A DNA stretch of 64,000 nt from an uncultured Actinomycetota bacterium (GTDB lineage Bacteria > Actinomycetota > Acidimicrobiia > Acidimicrobiales > SZUA-35): the NCBI GenBank assembly GCA_963732695.1, contig CAVTAP010000017.1:387460-451459 (forward strand), written 5' to 3'. Under the pieces are notes generated by a model. It did no database searches. It saw nothing but the letters and a program-made list of their open reading frames with translations, and was not told the DNA's origin. Each line of letters begins with the position of its first letter. Position 1 is the first letter of the stretch. The translations under genes and the position numbers were made by a program. Of the stretch, positions 1-9,130 are shown piece after piece.

Positions 1-179
1 TGGCGGTGAGCGGCCCGGGGGGCAAGGACTCGCAGACCAAGAACACCTGATCTGCCTGGGGCCGCTGAGCGCCTGCGATGTGACATCGGTTGCACGATTC
101 GCAGGGGCGGGCGGCGGGGGTCCCGCACTATGCTGAGCCGCAGGCGCCGGGCCGGGCGCTCAGGGCGCAGGAGAACGTC

Positions 180-1556
180 ATGGCGGATGGGGCGGACCGG
201 AAAGATGCGGACCTCGTCGTCGACGTCCGCGCTGGAAACGCGGAGAGCTTTGCGGCGCTGTACGACCGCTGGTTCAGTTCCGTGCTGGGAGCGGCACAGG
301 ACATCGTGGGGGAGCGGGCCGAGGCGGCCCGGGTGGCCACCGACACCTTCCAGTCGGTATGGCTGCATCTCGACGAGCTGGCCGATCCCAACGGGTTCGG
401 CGCCTGGGTGCTGCTGACCAGCCGCACGTTCGCCCGGCAGCGTCAGGCCGAGCGGGATCCGTCGGCCGTCGCCCCCTCAGGGCCGCTGTTCGACAACGAG
501 GACGAGCTGCGCCGGGCCGTGGCCAAGGTTCTGTGCCGCCGCCAGGTCCCGGCGCTCGGCGAGAAGGTCCAGGTCGGTGCGGCCGCAGGACCAGCCGATC
601 CGGAGCCGATGGCCGGGCCGGAAATCGATCCGATGGCCGAGGTGCCCGAGATGGCGTTCGACCGCCTCCACCGGTACCACTGGGCGGTCACCGATCCGGC
701 GCCCGGCGTGGCCGACCGCATCCGGACCTTCCGGCTCTCGCCCGGCACCGTCGTGGCCCTGGCCATCGTGCTGCTGGGCAGCGTCATCTGGCTCGTCAGC
801 CGGGACGACACCTCGGAGATCGACGGGGGCCGGCCGGCACCCCTGTTCTCCCCGGCCTCGCCCACCACGATCGACGGCGCCGCCGCCCGGGCCGGAAACG
901 GCGGCGCAGCCGCACCTGAGGCGACCCCGCCGGGAAGCGTGGCGCCCGATCCGGCCTCGCCGGCCCCCACCGACGCGGTGGCGCCGGCCGAAAGCAGGAA
1001 GGTGAAGGTCGCCACCGTTCTGCCCCGCGCCGTCGCCACCACGCCCAGCCGGCGCGGCACCACCGCGGTGCCGATCACCGCGGCCCCGATCACCACCGTG
1101 CCCGGCACGCCCCAGACCGATCGCCCGCCGTCGACCACCACCACGGTGGCGCCGTCGTCGTCGACCACCACCGCCAGCACGGCCCGCACCACCACCACGG
1201 CCGGGTCGACCAGCACATCGACGACCGCTCGTACCACCACCACGGCAAGGGGTGGCTCGACGTCCACCTCCGGGGCCACGACCACGACCGGCGGCGGCTC
1301 CACCACCACGACAGGTCGCGGCCCCACGACCACCTCCGGGGTCACCACCACAACCCGGGGCGGCTCGACGACCACGACCGCCAGCGTTACCACCACCCGG
1401 GCCACCACCACCCCCACCACCCGGGCCACGACAACCACGACCGACGCAGTCACCACCAGCCGCCCGGCCACGACGTCCGCCCTGGCCTCGGCCACCCGCG
1501 TCACCGCCAGCAGCACGACGCTCACCCCGGCCGTCAGCGTCGCGCTCGACGGCTGA
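180..1556 (+). CDS. Membrane protein with N-terminal ECF sigma-70 region-2-like domain, one TM helix and a Thr/Pro-rich low-complexity tail
   Basis: ORF 90..1556 with an internal ATG at 180 (MADGADRKD). FAALYDRWFSSVLGAA...TDTFQSVWLHLDEL...FGAWVLLTSRTFARQR resembles sigma-70 region 2. Hydrophobic segment VVALAIVLLGSVIWLV. The last ~200 aa are T/P/S/A/G-rich. No region-4 HTH recognised. Confidence 0.55.
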   Translation: MADGADRKDADLVVDVRAGNAESFAALYDRWFSSVLGAAQDIVGERAEAARVATDTFQSVWLHLDELADPNGFGAWVLLTSRTFARQRQAERDPSAVAPSGPLFDNEDELRRAVAKVLCRRQVPALGEKVQVGAAAGPADPEPMAGPEIDPMAEVPEMAFDRLHRYHWAVTDPAPGVADRIRTFRLSPGTVVALAIVLLGSVIWLVSRDDTSEIDGGRPAPLFSPASPTTIDGAAARAGNGGAAAPEATPPGSVAPDPASPAPTDAVAPAESRKVKVATVLPRAVATTPSRRGTTAVPITAAPITTVPGTPQTDRPPSTTTTVAPSSSTTTASTARTTTTAGSTSTSTTARTTTTARGGSTSTSGATTTTGGGSTTTTGRGPTTTSGVTTTTRGGSTTTTASVTTTRATTTPTTRATTTTTDAVTTSRPATTSALASATRVTASSTTLTPAVSVALDG

Positions 1557-1669
1557 GCAACCACCCTGGAGATGCTTGCCAAGCAGGGTGACGTCCGGCA
1601 ATGCTTGGCCTTCCGTGCGGCTCCAGCCGCCCAGGGAACACGTGCCCGACCCGCCCACGGAGGTATCCC

Positions 1670-3412
1670 GTGCTGCATCCCAAGCGACCCCGCCGTGCCC
1701 GGCTGGGTGCCGTCCTGCTGATCGGGGGGCTGGTCCTCAGCCTGCTCGGCCCGGGCCCGGCGGACGCCGACGACGGCAGTGGCCGCCGGCCCCGCACGGT
1801 CGACGTGCAGATCCTGTCGTTCAACGACTACCACGGCTGGCTCGAGACCCCCGGCGGCACCGACGCCACCCTCGGGCCGGCGCTCGATCCAGGCAACAAC
1901 GTGGTAGGCGGCGGCGCCTACCTGGCCACCACCCTGAACAACCTCCGGGCCGGCAAGCCCCACTCCCTCACCGTCACCGCCGGAGACCTCATCGGGGGCA
2001 CCCCGTTCGTGTCGGGCCTGTTCCACGACGAGCCGTCGGTCGAGTCGCTGGAGGCCATGCGCCTCGACGTGTCCAGCGTGGGCAACCACGAGTTCGACGA
2101 GGGCCTCACCGAGCTGTTGCGCATGCAGAAGGGCGGTTGCCACCCGGTGGACGGCTGCTACTTCCCCGACGCCCCCTACGACGGGGCCAAGTTCCCGTGG
2201 CTGGCCGCCAACGTGTTCTACGGCTCGTCGAAGCGCACCGTGCTGCCGCCCACCTGGGTCAAGAAGATCGACGGGGTGAAGGTCGGCTTCATCGGTATGA
2301 CGCTGGAGGACACCCCGGTGCTGGTGGCCCAGAAGGGGATCCAGGGCCTCGAGTTCCGTGACGAGGTGGCCAGTGCCAACCGGGCCGTCAAACGGCTGAA
2401 GGAAGAGGACGTGAAGACCGTGGTCGTGCTGCTGCACGAAGGCGGGCTCCAGACCGGCCCCTACGACCAGTGCAACGGCATCTCGGGCCCGATCGTCGAC
2501 ATCGCCAAGAACCTCGACCCCGAGATCGATCTGGTGGTGACCGGACACACCCACCAGCCCTACGTCTGCAACATCCCCGACCCCAAGGGCCGGGCCCGGT
2601 GGGTCACCTCGGCCTCGTCGTTCGGCCGGGCGGTGACCGAAACCAACCTGGTGGTCGACCGCCGCACCGGCGACGTGGTGCGTGACCGGGTCACCTCCAC
2701 CAACCATCTGGTGCTGCGCACAGTGGCTCCCGACCCCACCCAGCAGGCCATCCTGGCCAAGTGGCAGGCCCTTGCCGGTCCGAAGGGTGAGGTGGTGAAG
2801 GGGCAGGCCACGGCGGCCATCACCCGCTCGGCCAACCGCGACACGGAATCGTCGCTGGCCAACCTCATCGCCGACGCCCAACTGGCCGCCACCAGTGCGG
2901 CGGCCGACGGCGGGGCCCAGATCGCCCTCATGAACCCGGGCGGGGTGCGGGCCGACATCGTCGCCGGCCCCATCACCTTCCGGGAGCTGTTCAACGTCCA
3001 GCCCTTCGGCAACCTGCTCGTCACCATGGACCTGACCGGCCAGCAGCTCCACGACGTCCTGGAGCAGCAGGCCGTCTCGGGCCGGGCCGGCGGGCGTGAC
3101 ATCCTGATCCTGGGGATCTCGAACGGGCTGCAGTTCCAGTACCTTGCCGGCAACGCCTTCGGCGACCGAGTGCCGATCGAGACGATCACGCTGAACGGCA
3201 CGCCGATCAACCCCGCCGCCACCTACCGGGTCACGGTCAACAACTTCCTGGCCGACGGGGGTGACGCCTTCACCGTTCTCCGCCAGGGGACCAACCGCCT
3301 GGGCGGCGGCGACGATCTGGCCGCGTTCGTGAGCTACATCGAAGCCAACTCTCCGGTCTCGCCGCCGTCGACCGACCGGATCCTGGAGGCGGCGCCGCCT
3401 CCGCAGCCCTGA
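1670..3412 (+). CDS. Secreted bifunctional metallophosphatase / 5'-nucleotidase (UshA-like)
   Basis: ORF 1601..3412. GTG at 1670 lies 7 nt after GGAGG. Signal-like RRARLGAVLLIGGLVLSLLGPGPADA. Calcineurin-type motifs ILSFNDYHG and GNHEFD, plus a 5'-nucleotidase C-terminal domain pattern (NPGGVRADI, FNVQPFGN). Confidence 0.85.
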   Translation: MLHPKRPRRARLGAVLLIGGLVLSLLGPGPADADDGSGRRPRTVDVQILSFNDYHGWLETPGGTDATLGPALDPGNNVVGGGAYLATTLNNLRAGKPHSLTVTAGDLIGGTPFVSGLFHDEPSVESLEAMRLDVSSVGNHEFDEGLTELLRMQKGGCHPVDGCYFPDAPYDGAKFPWLAANVFYGSSKRTVLPPTWVKKIDGVKVGFIGMTLEDTPVLVAQKGIQGLEFRDEVASANRAVKRLKEEDVKTVVVLLHEGGLQTGPYDQCNGISGPIVDIAKNLDPEIDLVVTGHTHQPYVCNIPDPKGRARWVTSASSFGRAVTETNLVVDRRTGDVVRDRVTSTNHLVLRTVAPDPTQQAILAKWQALAGPKGEVVKGQATAAITRSANRDTESSLANLIADAQLAATSAAADGGAQIALMNPGGVRADIVAGPITFRELFNVQPFGNLLVTMDLTGQQLHDVLEQQAVSGRAGGRDILILGISNGLQFQYLAGNAFGDRVPIETITLNGTPINPAATYRVTVNNFLADGGDAFTVLRQGTNRLGGGDDLAAFVSYIEANSPVSPPSTDRILEAAPPPQP

Positions 3413-3430
3413 GCGTCGGGTGCCGGGCCG

Positions 3431-3820
3431 GTGGCGGTCGATCCGCCGCCGCCCGGCACCGGTAGCCTCGGATCGGTGCATCCGATCCCCGAGGCCGAGT
3501 TCGAGGCGCTGGTGGCCGATGCCATCGACGAGCTGCCGGACGAGATCCTGGCGCTGCTCGACAACGTGGTGATCCTGGTGGAGGACGCCCACCCCACCGA
3601 AGACCTGCTCGGCCTGTACGACGGCGTGCCCCACACCGAGCGCGACGACTACGGCGGGATGGTGCTGCCCGACCGGATCATCCTCTACCGGCTGGCGCTG
3701 TGCGCCGAAGCGGCGGACCTCGACGAGCTGGCCGACGAGGTGTTGGTCACCGTGGTGCACGAGGTGGCCCACCACTTCGGCATCGACGACGATCGCCTGG
3801 AGCAGCTGGGCTGGGGGTGA
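3431..3820 (+). CDS. Zincin-like metallopeptidase family protein (small HExxH protein)
   Basis: 129-aa ORF with HEVAHHFG zinc-binding motif near the C-terminus and an acidic N-terminal half, typical of the small actinobacterial zincin-like family. Confidence 0.7.
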   Translation: MAVDPPPPGTGSLGSVHPIPEAEFEALVADAIDELPDEILALLDNVVILVEDAHPTEDLLGLYDGVPHTERDDYGGMVLPDRIILYRLALCAEAADLDELADEVLVTVVHEVAHHFGIDDDRLEQLGWG

Positions 3821-3898
3821 CCGGCCGGCTCATCACCTCACGCCGGCTCATCACCGGGCCGGCCGTCGGGCTGGGCGGAGCCGGCTCGGCGTGCCAGG

Positions 3899-4459
3899 AT
3901 GAGCCCCATGCTGGAGCTCGTCGCACTGGGAACCGATACCGCCACCGCCACCGCCGTGGGGGCCCGTCTCGGCGGGACCGTGTATGTCAACCATCCCGCC
4001 GAGAGCGAGGCCCGGCCGTTTTCGGCCGTGGTGCGGGTGCCCACCGACGAGATCGAGGCCGTGGCCTCGGTGGCCGACGTTGGCCTCTACGTCGTCTACG
4101 CGAGGCCGGTGAAGGTCCTCGCCGGTCCGGCCCCGGCCGACCGGGTGATCGCCGCCTTCGGGATGGTCGGCCACCCCGACCTCACCCACCGGGAGTCAGA
4201 CGACCACTGGCGTGACGTGCACGGCCCGCTGGCTCTGCGCATGCACGCCGCCATGTGCGACTACACCCAGCTCTCGGTGGTGGCGGTGCTGTCGGGCCTG
4301 CCGCTCGACGGGATCGCCCTGTGCGCCTTCTCCTCCCGGGAAGACCTCAGCACGAAGTTCTTCAACGACGACGAGGCCAAGGCCGCCATCCAGGCCGACG
4401 TCGCCTCCTTCGCCGACCTCCGCCGCTCGATCCGCCGGGTGGTCGTCACCGAGGTCTGA
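3899..4459 (+). CDS. EthD-domain-like protein
   Basis: 186-aa ORF. The C-terminal half (HRESDDHWRDVHGPLALRM...FSSREDLSTKFFNDDEAKAAIQADVASF) resembles EthD / dimeric alpha-beta-barrel proteins. Family call is tentative. Confidence 0.45.
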   Translation: MSPMLELVALGTDTATATAVGARLGGTVYVNHPAESEARPFSAVVRVPTDEIEAVASVADVGLYVVYARPVKVLAGPAPADRVIAAFGMVGHPDLTHRESDDHWRDVHGPLALRMHAAMCDYTQLSVVAVLSGLPLDGIALCAFSSREDLSTKFFNDDEAKAAIQADVASFADLRRSIRRVVVTEV

Positions 4460-4487
4460 GCCCGGCCTTCCACGGGCCGTCCCCCCC

Positions 4488-5265
4488 TCAGCTGTCCTGC
4501 ACCAGGCGGCAGGCGGCGGCCAGCCAGCCGGCGCCGTCGTCGGCCCGCCCGTCGATCGGCGGGTACACCTGAGTGCCGGTGCCGTCGCTCAGCCGCGCAT
4601 CCTGCTCGGTCTCCAGCAGCGCGTCCTCCACCCGGATGGTGTGCGACCAGCCGGGAAAGGCCGCCGTCGCCGAAGTCGAACGTGGCGTCGATCTCGCCCC
4701 ACGGGAGCTCGTCGAGGTCGGGGCCCTGGCACGAGGTCGGGTCGAGCAAGAGGTACAGATCGACGGACCGCCCGGCCGGCACGGTGATCGGCAACGGCTG
4801 GACGTCGGACGGCCAGGGCCCGAACTCGTCCGGGGAGGCAGCGACGGCGGCGGCGGTACAGGTGGTCACCCCTCCGGTGGTGGTGCAGTTCTCCTCGCTC
4901 GGATCGGGCTGGTGTTGCAGCCGGGCGCCGACGTCCACCAACCGTGCGCCCCGAGCGTCGCGGAGAGCCAGCGCCGTCAGCCGTACGCTCCGATTCGAGT
5001 GGTTGGGCACGTAGACGCTGACGGCGATGGCGTTGCGATCGGCCACGTACGTCGGTTGGCGTCCGCCGCTGTAGCTGATGCCGCTGGTCGGGTTGGGGGT
5101 GATCAGGCCCTGTCGCCAGGAGAGACCTCCGGCCACGACCAGCGCGGTGAGGCAGAGACCGGCAGCGAAGCGGCGCCACGGGGGCCCGGGCCGGGGGACG
5201 AGCTGGTCGACCAACGCGTCGATCCGTTCGTTCGGATCACTGGGGGGAGAGATCGCGGTTGACAT
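4488..5265 (-). pseudogene. Membrane-anchored hypothetical protein with an apparent 1-nt frameshift near 4656-4662
   Basis: The frame of ORF 4261..5265 is protein-like up to ...DATFDFGDGG, then becomes Arg/Gly junk and overlaps the convergent EthD gene by ~200 nt. Skipping one base at ~4659 gives FPGWSHTIRVEDALLETEQDARLSDGTGTQVYPPIDGRADDGAGWLAAACRLVQDS and a stop at 4488-4490. Confidence 0.5.
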
Positions 5266-5269
5266 ATGC

Positions 5270-5291
5270 TTGTCACACTGTACTGTGACAA
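5270..5291. promoter_or_regulatory. Operator-like palindrome TTGTCACA-N6-TGTGACAA in a divergent promoter region
   Basis: Perfect 8-bp inverted arms read directly. The GT..AC core fits the general GntR-type operator pattern. A GntR regulator is encoded in the adjacent operon (6452..6835). Confidence 0.5.
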
Positions 5292-5292
5292 T

Positions 5293-5320
5293 GGGTCAAG
5301 TCAAGAGGGTCAAGTCAAGA
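5293..5320. repeat. Exact tandem duplication of 14 bp (GGGTCAAGTCAAGA x2)
   Basis: Read directly. Lies between the palindrome and the start of the 5376 membrane-protein gene. Each unit contains GTCAA GTCAA. Confidence 0.8.
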
Positions 5321-5375
5321 GGCTCCGGGTCGGAATGGTCCGGCTCGGAGCCTTCCGGTACGGAGGTGATCGGCG

Positions 5376-6455
5376 ATGGGTTGGGCGATCGGGGCGCTGA
5401 TGGCAGCGGCCGCAGGAGCGAGCCTGCTGGCTGGCGTGTGGTCGGCCGATCGCAGCGAGCGGGCCGGAGGCACCGGCCGCTGGGGGCGGCGGCTCGTGCT
5501 GCGGAGCTATCCGCTGGTGCTCGTCACCCTCGGACTCGGGGTGCTCTTCATCGTGCCTGCCTCCATGGTCGAGGCGGGAGACGAGTCGTCGGCCATGACC
5601 CCGACCGCGGTGGCGGTGGTCCTGGCCACCGCCGTGCTGGGCGGCTTCGCCCTGTTCGTCCTGGGGCGGAACCTGGCCGGTCACGATCCCGACGCCGGCC
5701 GCATCGCCGCCCGGTTGAGCGCCGACGAGCCCTCCCGGCTCCTGCTGACCCGCTGGCTCCAGCGGGTGCGGTGGCGGCGCTGGCTGGGCGGCTTCCTGGG
5801 CGTGCTGCTCGGCCTGCTGCTGTCGACCAATGGCGTTGGCCCCGATCTGCTGATCCTCGGCTTCGCCGGCATCATGGCCGGCTCGCTGTCGGCCGAGCTC
5901 CACCACTGGCGCCCGGCGGGCGGGGATGGCCCCCGGGCCGCCGAGTTGGGCCGGCGCCGCTTGGCCGACTACGCGGTGCGGCTCGAACAGCAGGCACTGG
6001 CTGCGGTGGCCGCGATGGCGGTGGCGGCACTGGTGGCCGATCTGACCGTCGGGCGTGTGGCCGGCGAGGGCGAGGGTGAGCCGGGCGGGGTCTGGCCCTG
6101 GTCGGCGGCGATCCTGGCGGTGCTGGCGGTGGTGGTGGCGATGCAGTGGCGGATCGTCACCCGGCGCCGCCCCGCCCTGCCGGCCGAGCTGCGCCGGGCT
6201 GACGACCTCGCCCGCCGCCTGGCCGTGTCCCGGGGGGTGACCCGGCCCGGCCTGGTGCTGGCTCTGGCATTGGTGGGCGAAGCCCTGAATCGGGTGGGCC
6301 TGGGTGGGTTCGGGGCCATCGCCTGGGTGGCCGCCGTCGGCCTGTGGCTGTTCAGTCGCCGACTCGGGCTCGACGGGCTGCTCGACGAGCCCCCGATCGC
6401 CGGTCCGGGCCCCTCCCCGACCACGGCTCCCACCGCCGAGCCGGCCCCCTCATGA
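5376..6455 (+). CDS. Polytopic membrane protein, function unknown
   Basis: 359-aa ORF with several long hydrophobic segments. Its stop overlaps the ATG of the downstream GntR gene (ATGA). Confidence 0.6.
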   Translation: MGWAIGALMAAAAGASLLAGVWSADRSERAGGTGRWGRRLVLRSYPLVLVTLGLGVLFIVPASMVEAGDESSAMTPTAVAVVLATAVLGGFALFVLGRNLAGHDPDAGRIAARLSADEPSRLLLTRWLQRVRWRRWLGGFLGVLLGLLLSTNGVGPDLLILGFAGIMAGSLSAELHHWRPAGGDGPRAAELGRRRLADYAVRLEQQALAAVAAMAVAALVADLTVGRVAGEGEGEPGGVWPWSAAILAVLAVVVAMQWRIVTRRRPALPAELRRADDLARRLAVSRGVTRPGLVLALALVGEALNRVGLGGFGAIAWVAAVGLWLFSRRLGLDGLLDEPPIAGPGPSPTTAPTAEPAPS

Positions 6456-6835
6456 TCCTGCGGGTCGATCCCAGCCAGGCGTTGCCCGTCTACGAGCAGA
6501 TCCGCCAGCAGGTGACCCGGATGGCCGTCACCGGCACCCTGGCTCCCGGCGCCCGGCTGCCCACGATCCGCCAGCTGGCGGCCGACCTGGGTCTGGCCAA
6601 AGGAACGGTGGCCAAGGCCTACGAGCTGCTGGAGCTGTCGGCCGTGGTGGAGTCGAAGGGGCACAAGGGCACGTTCGTGCGCGACATCGGCACCGGCGGC
6701 GCTGCCGCCGACGCCGGTCAGGCGGCCGACGGGTTGCGGGAGGCGGCCGAGGCCTTCGTGGTGGCCGCCCGCCAGCTCGGGGCCGACCTCGACACCGCCC
6801 ACGTCGCCCTCGACGACGCCTGGCGCCTCCTGTGA
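6452..6835 (+). CDS. GntR-family transcriptional regulator (short, HTH only)
   Basis: Internal ATG at 6452 (MILRVDPSQALPVYEQIRQQV...LPTIRQLAADLGLAKGTVAKAYELLE) is a classic GntR winged-HTH N-terminus. ATGA coupling to the upstream membrane gene. Confidence 0.85.
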   Translation: MILRVDPSQALPVYEQIRQQVTRMAVTGTLAPGARLPTIRQLAADLGLAKGTVAKAYELLELSAVVESKGHKGTFVRDIGTGGAAADAGQAADGLREAAEAFVVAARQLGADLDTAHVALDDAWRLL

Positions 6836-6842
6836 CGGCGCC

Positions 6843-8165
6843 TCAGCCGGCTTCGGAGTGGGTGACGGGCTGCTCGCCCATCCACTGGCGCAGCGTGTTC
6901 TTCAGCTTGGTCTGCTGGATGAACAGGTCGTGCTCGGACTCCAGCTCGGTGGCGGGCTGGGGGGCCTTGAAGTAGAAGCTCAGCCACTCCTGCACGTCGC
7001 TCTGGCCGGCCCGGGCCGCCAGGTCCATGAACAGGGCCAGGTCGAGCACGATGGGGGCGGCCAGGATCGAGTCGCGGCACAGGAAGTCGATCTTGATCTG
7101 CATCGGGTAGCCCAGCCAGCCGAAGATGTCGATGGCGTCCCAACCCTCCTTGTTGTCGCCCCGGGGCGGGTAGTAGTTGATCCGCACCACGTGGTCGATG
7201 TTGCCGTAGAGGTCGGGGTAGTCCTCGGGCTGGAGGATCGTGTCGAGCACACCGAGCTTCGACGACTCCTTGGTCTTGAAGTTCTCGGGGTCGTCGAGCA
7301 CCTCGCCGTCCCGGTTGCCCAGGATGTTGGTGGAGTACCAGCCCCGGAGCCCGAGCATGCGGGCCTTGAGCCCGGGGGCGATGAGGGTCTTCATCAGGGT
7401 CTGGCCGGTCTTGAAGTCCTTGCCGGCGATCGGCACGCCCCGCCGGCGCGACAGCTCCCGCATGCAGGGGATGTCGACGGCCAGGTTGGGGGCGCCGTTG
7501 GCGAAGGGCACGCCCGACTGGAGTGCGGCGTAGGCGTAGATCTGGCTGGGGGCGATGTTGGCGTCGCTGGCCTTCAGCCCGGCCTCGAACGCCTCCACCG
7601 ACTCGTGGACGGCGCTGGCCTCCTGGTAGGCCTCGGTGGATCCGCACCACACCATCACCAGCCGGTCACACTCGTTCTCGGTGCGGAACCGCTCGATGTC
7701 GTCGATCAGGGCCAGGGCCATGTCCCACTTGGAGGGCAGGTTCTTCACCCGGGTGCCCTCCAGCCGGCTGACCCAGCGCTGGTCGAACACGGCGTCCATG
7801 GCCACCACACCCTCCAGCTCGGCGGCGATCGACGACAGGTCGCCCTGCTCGAGCACGCCGGCCACCCGGGCCGCCTCCAGGGCGTTGGCCGAGATCGGAT
7901 CCCAGCCGCCGAACACGAGGTCGTCGAGCGAGGCCAGCGGCACGAACTCCCGGATCAGCGGATTGCGGCCCTCCTCGCGATGGCCGAGGCGGATGTGGGC
8001 CATCTGGGTGATCGAGCCGATGGGGGCGGCCTGGCCCGAGCGGGCGGCCAGCACGCCGGCGATGAAGGTGGAGGCCACGGCGCCGAGGCCCGGCGTCAGT
8101 ACCCCGAGGCGACCGGTGGCCGGGGCGATCGACTGGGGAATGGGGGCGGTGGAGGTCATCACCAC
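6843..8165 (-). CDS. ino1: Inositol-3-phosphate synthase (myo-inositol-1-phosphate synthase family)
   Basis: 440-aa ORF with the family-typical blocks GKDFKTGQTLMKT, YSTNILGNRDG, INYYPPRGDNKEGWD and FLCRDSILAAPIVLDL. Confidence 0.8.
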   Translation of the reverse strand: MVMTSTAPIPQSIAPATGRLGVLTPGLGAVASTFIAGVLAARSGQAAPIGSITQMAHIRLGHREEGRNPLIREFVPLASLDDLVFGGWDPISANALEAARVAGVLEQGDLSSIAAELEGVVAMDAVFDQRWVSRLEGTRVKNLPSKWDMALALIDDIERFRTENECDRLVMVWCGSTEAYQEASAVHESVEAFEAGLKASDANIAPSQIYAYAALQSGVPFANGAPNLAVDIPCMRELSRRRGVPIAGKDFKTGQTLMKTLIAPGLKARMLGLRGWYSTNILGNRDGEVLDDPENFKTKESSKLGVLDTILQPEDYPDLYGNIDHVVRINYYPPRGDNKEGWDAIDIFGWLGYPMQIKIDFLCRDSILAAPIVLDLALFMDLAARAGQSDVQEWLSFYFKAPQPATELESEHDLFIQQTKLKNTLRQWMGEQPVTHSEAG

Positions 8166-8198
8166 AAGATAAGCGCTGATGTAGAAGCGACGCTGACA

Positions 8199-8215
8199 GT
8201 TCAGATAAACTGAAC
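8199..8215. promoter_or_regulatory. LysR-type T-N11-A-like inverted repeat GTTCAG-ATAAA-CTGAAC
   Basis: Perfect 6-bp arms in the 53-bp divergent ino1/LysR intergenic region, immediately upstream of the LysR start. Confidence 0.4.
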
Positions 8216-8218
8216 AAT

Positions 8219-9130
8219 ATGGCTCCAGCGGCCCTCCACCTGAACACCCAGCAGCTCGAATACCTGGTGGCGGTGAGCGACGCCCCCACCTGGGCCGAGG
8301 CCGCCGCCTCGCTCGGCGTCACCCAATCGGCCCTCAGCCAGGGGCTGAGCCAGCTGGAGCGCCGGGTGGGGGTGCCGTTGTTCGACCGGACCGGGCGGCG
8401 CCGGGTACTGCACACGGGGGCCGGGCCGGTGCTCCGCTACGCCCGCCGGGTGCTGGGCGAGACCCAGGACCTGGCCCGCTGGGCCCGGGCGGTGGGGGCG
8501 GGGGAGGCGGGCCAGCTGCGGGTGGGCATGATCGACCTGGCCGCCGTGGGTCCCTTCGGCCCCACGGTGCAGCGCTTCCGCCGGGATCGCCCGGAGGTGG
8601 AGCTCCACCTGGCGGTCGCCCCCTCCGCCGTTCTGGGCGAGCAGCTGCTGGCCGGCGACCTGGCGCTGGCGGTGATGGTGGAGCCCAACCCCAACCGGGG
8701 CGACCTCGACCTGCTCCCGCTGTGGCGCGACGATCTCGGTCTCTACGCCCCCGAGGGCCAGCCGGCGGGGCCCCCGTCCACCTGGGGCCCGTGGGTCACG
8801 TTCCCGGCCACGTCCCACACCCGGCAGCTGATCGGTCGGCGCCTGGCCGAGGCCGGCGCCGACTTCGAGGTGGTGGCCGAGAGCCACCAGCCCGAGGTGC
8901 TGCGCTCGATGGTGGCGCTGGGCCTGGGGTGGACGGTGCTGCCGGTGGCCCAGGCCGAGGCCGCCCCCAACCCCCTGCGCCGGGCCCAGCCCGAGCCGCT
9001 GATGAGCCGCCAACTGGTGGTGGCCCGCCGGTTCGGGGCCGCCCCCGACCCGGCCGCCGACACCCTGGTGCGCCTCCTGGCCGAGCGGGCGACCGAGCTG
9101 CGGCCCGCCGCCGCCCCACCGGAACTCTGA
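8219..9130 (+). CDS. LysR-family transcriptional regulator
   Basis: N-terminal HTH LNTQQLEYLVAVSDAPTWAEAAASLGVTQSALSQGLSQLERRVGVPLFDRTGRR plus a LysR substrate-binding-domain-length C-terminus. Confidence 0.9.
   Translation: MAPAALHLNTQQLEYLVAVSDAPTWAEAAASLGVTQSALSQGLSQLERRVGVPLFDRTGRRRVLHTGAGPVLRYARRVLGETQDLARWARAVGAGEAGQLRVGMIDLAAVGPFGPTVQRFRRDRPEVELHLAVAPSAVLGEQLLAGDLALAVMVEPNPNRGDLDLLPLWRDDLGLYAPEGQPAGPPSTWGPWVTFPATSHTRQLIGRRLAEAGADFEVVAESHQPEVLRSMVALGLGWTVLPVAQAEAAPNPLRRAQPEPLMSRQLVVARRFGAAPDPAADTLVRLLAERATELRPAAAPPEL

Noticed and set aside
1-50. Possible 3' end of an upstream plus-strand gene (...GKDSQTKNT, stop at 48-50)
   Set aside because: Only 16 codons are visible, so it cannot be shown to be coding or be assigned.
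1020-1500. ACC/ACG-rich repetitive DNA
   Set aside because: It encodes the in-frame Thr/Pro-rich tail of the 180-1556 protein. It has no regular repeat-spacer periodicity, so it is neither a CRISPR array nor a satellite.
443-3775. 1110-aa minus-strand ORF spanning the sigma-like and 5'-nucleotidase genes
   Set aside because: It is antisense to two plus-strand genes with clear family motifs. Its translation is Arg/Gly/Val/His/Asp-rich with no motifs. This is a typical long open frame in ~70% GC DNA.
5078-6079. 333-aa plus-strand ORF starting inside the neighbouring gene and crossing the 5266-5375 control region
   Set aside because: It runs through the palindrome and tandem repeat, and its translation is Gly/Arg-rich. 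The 5376-6455 frame gives a coherent polytopic membrane protein coupled to the GntR gene.
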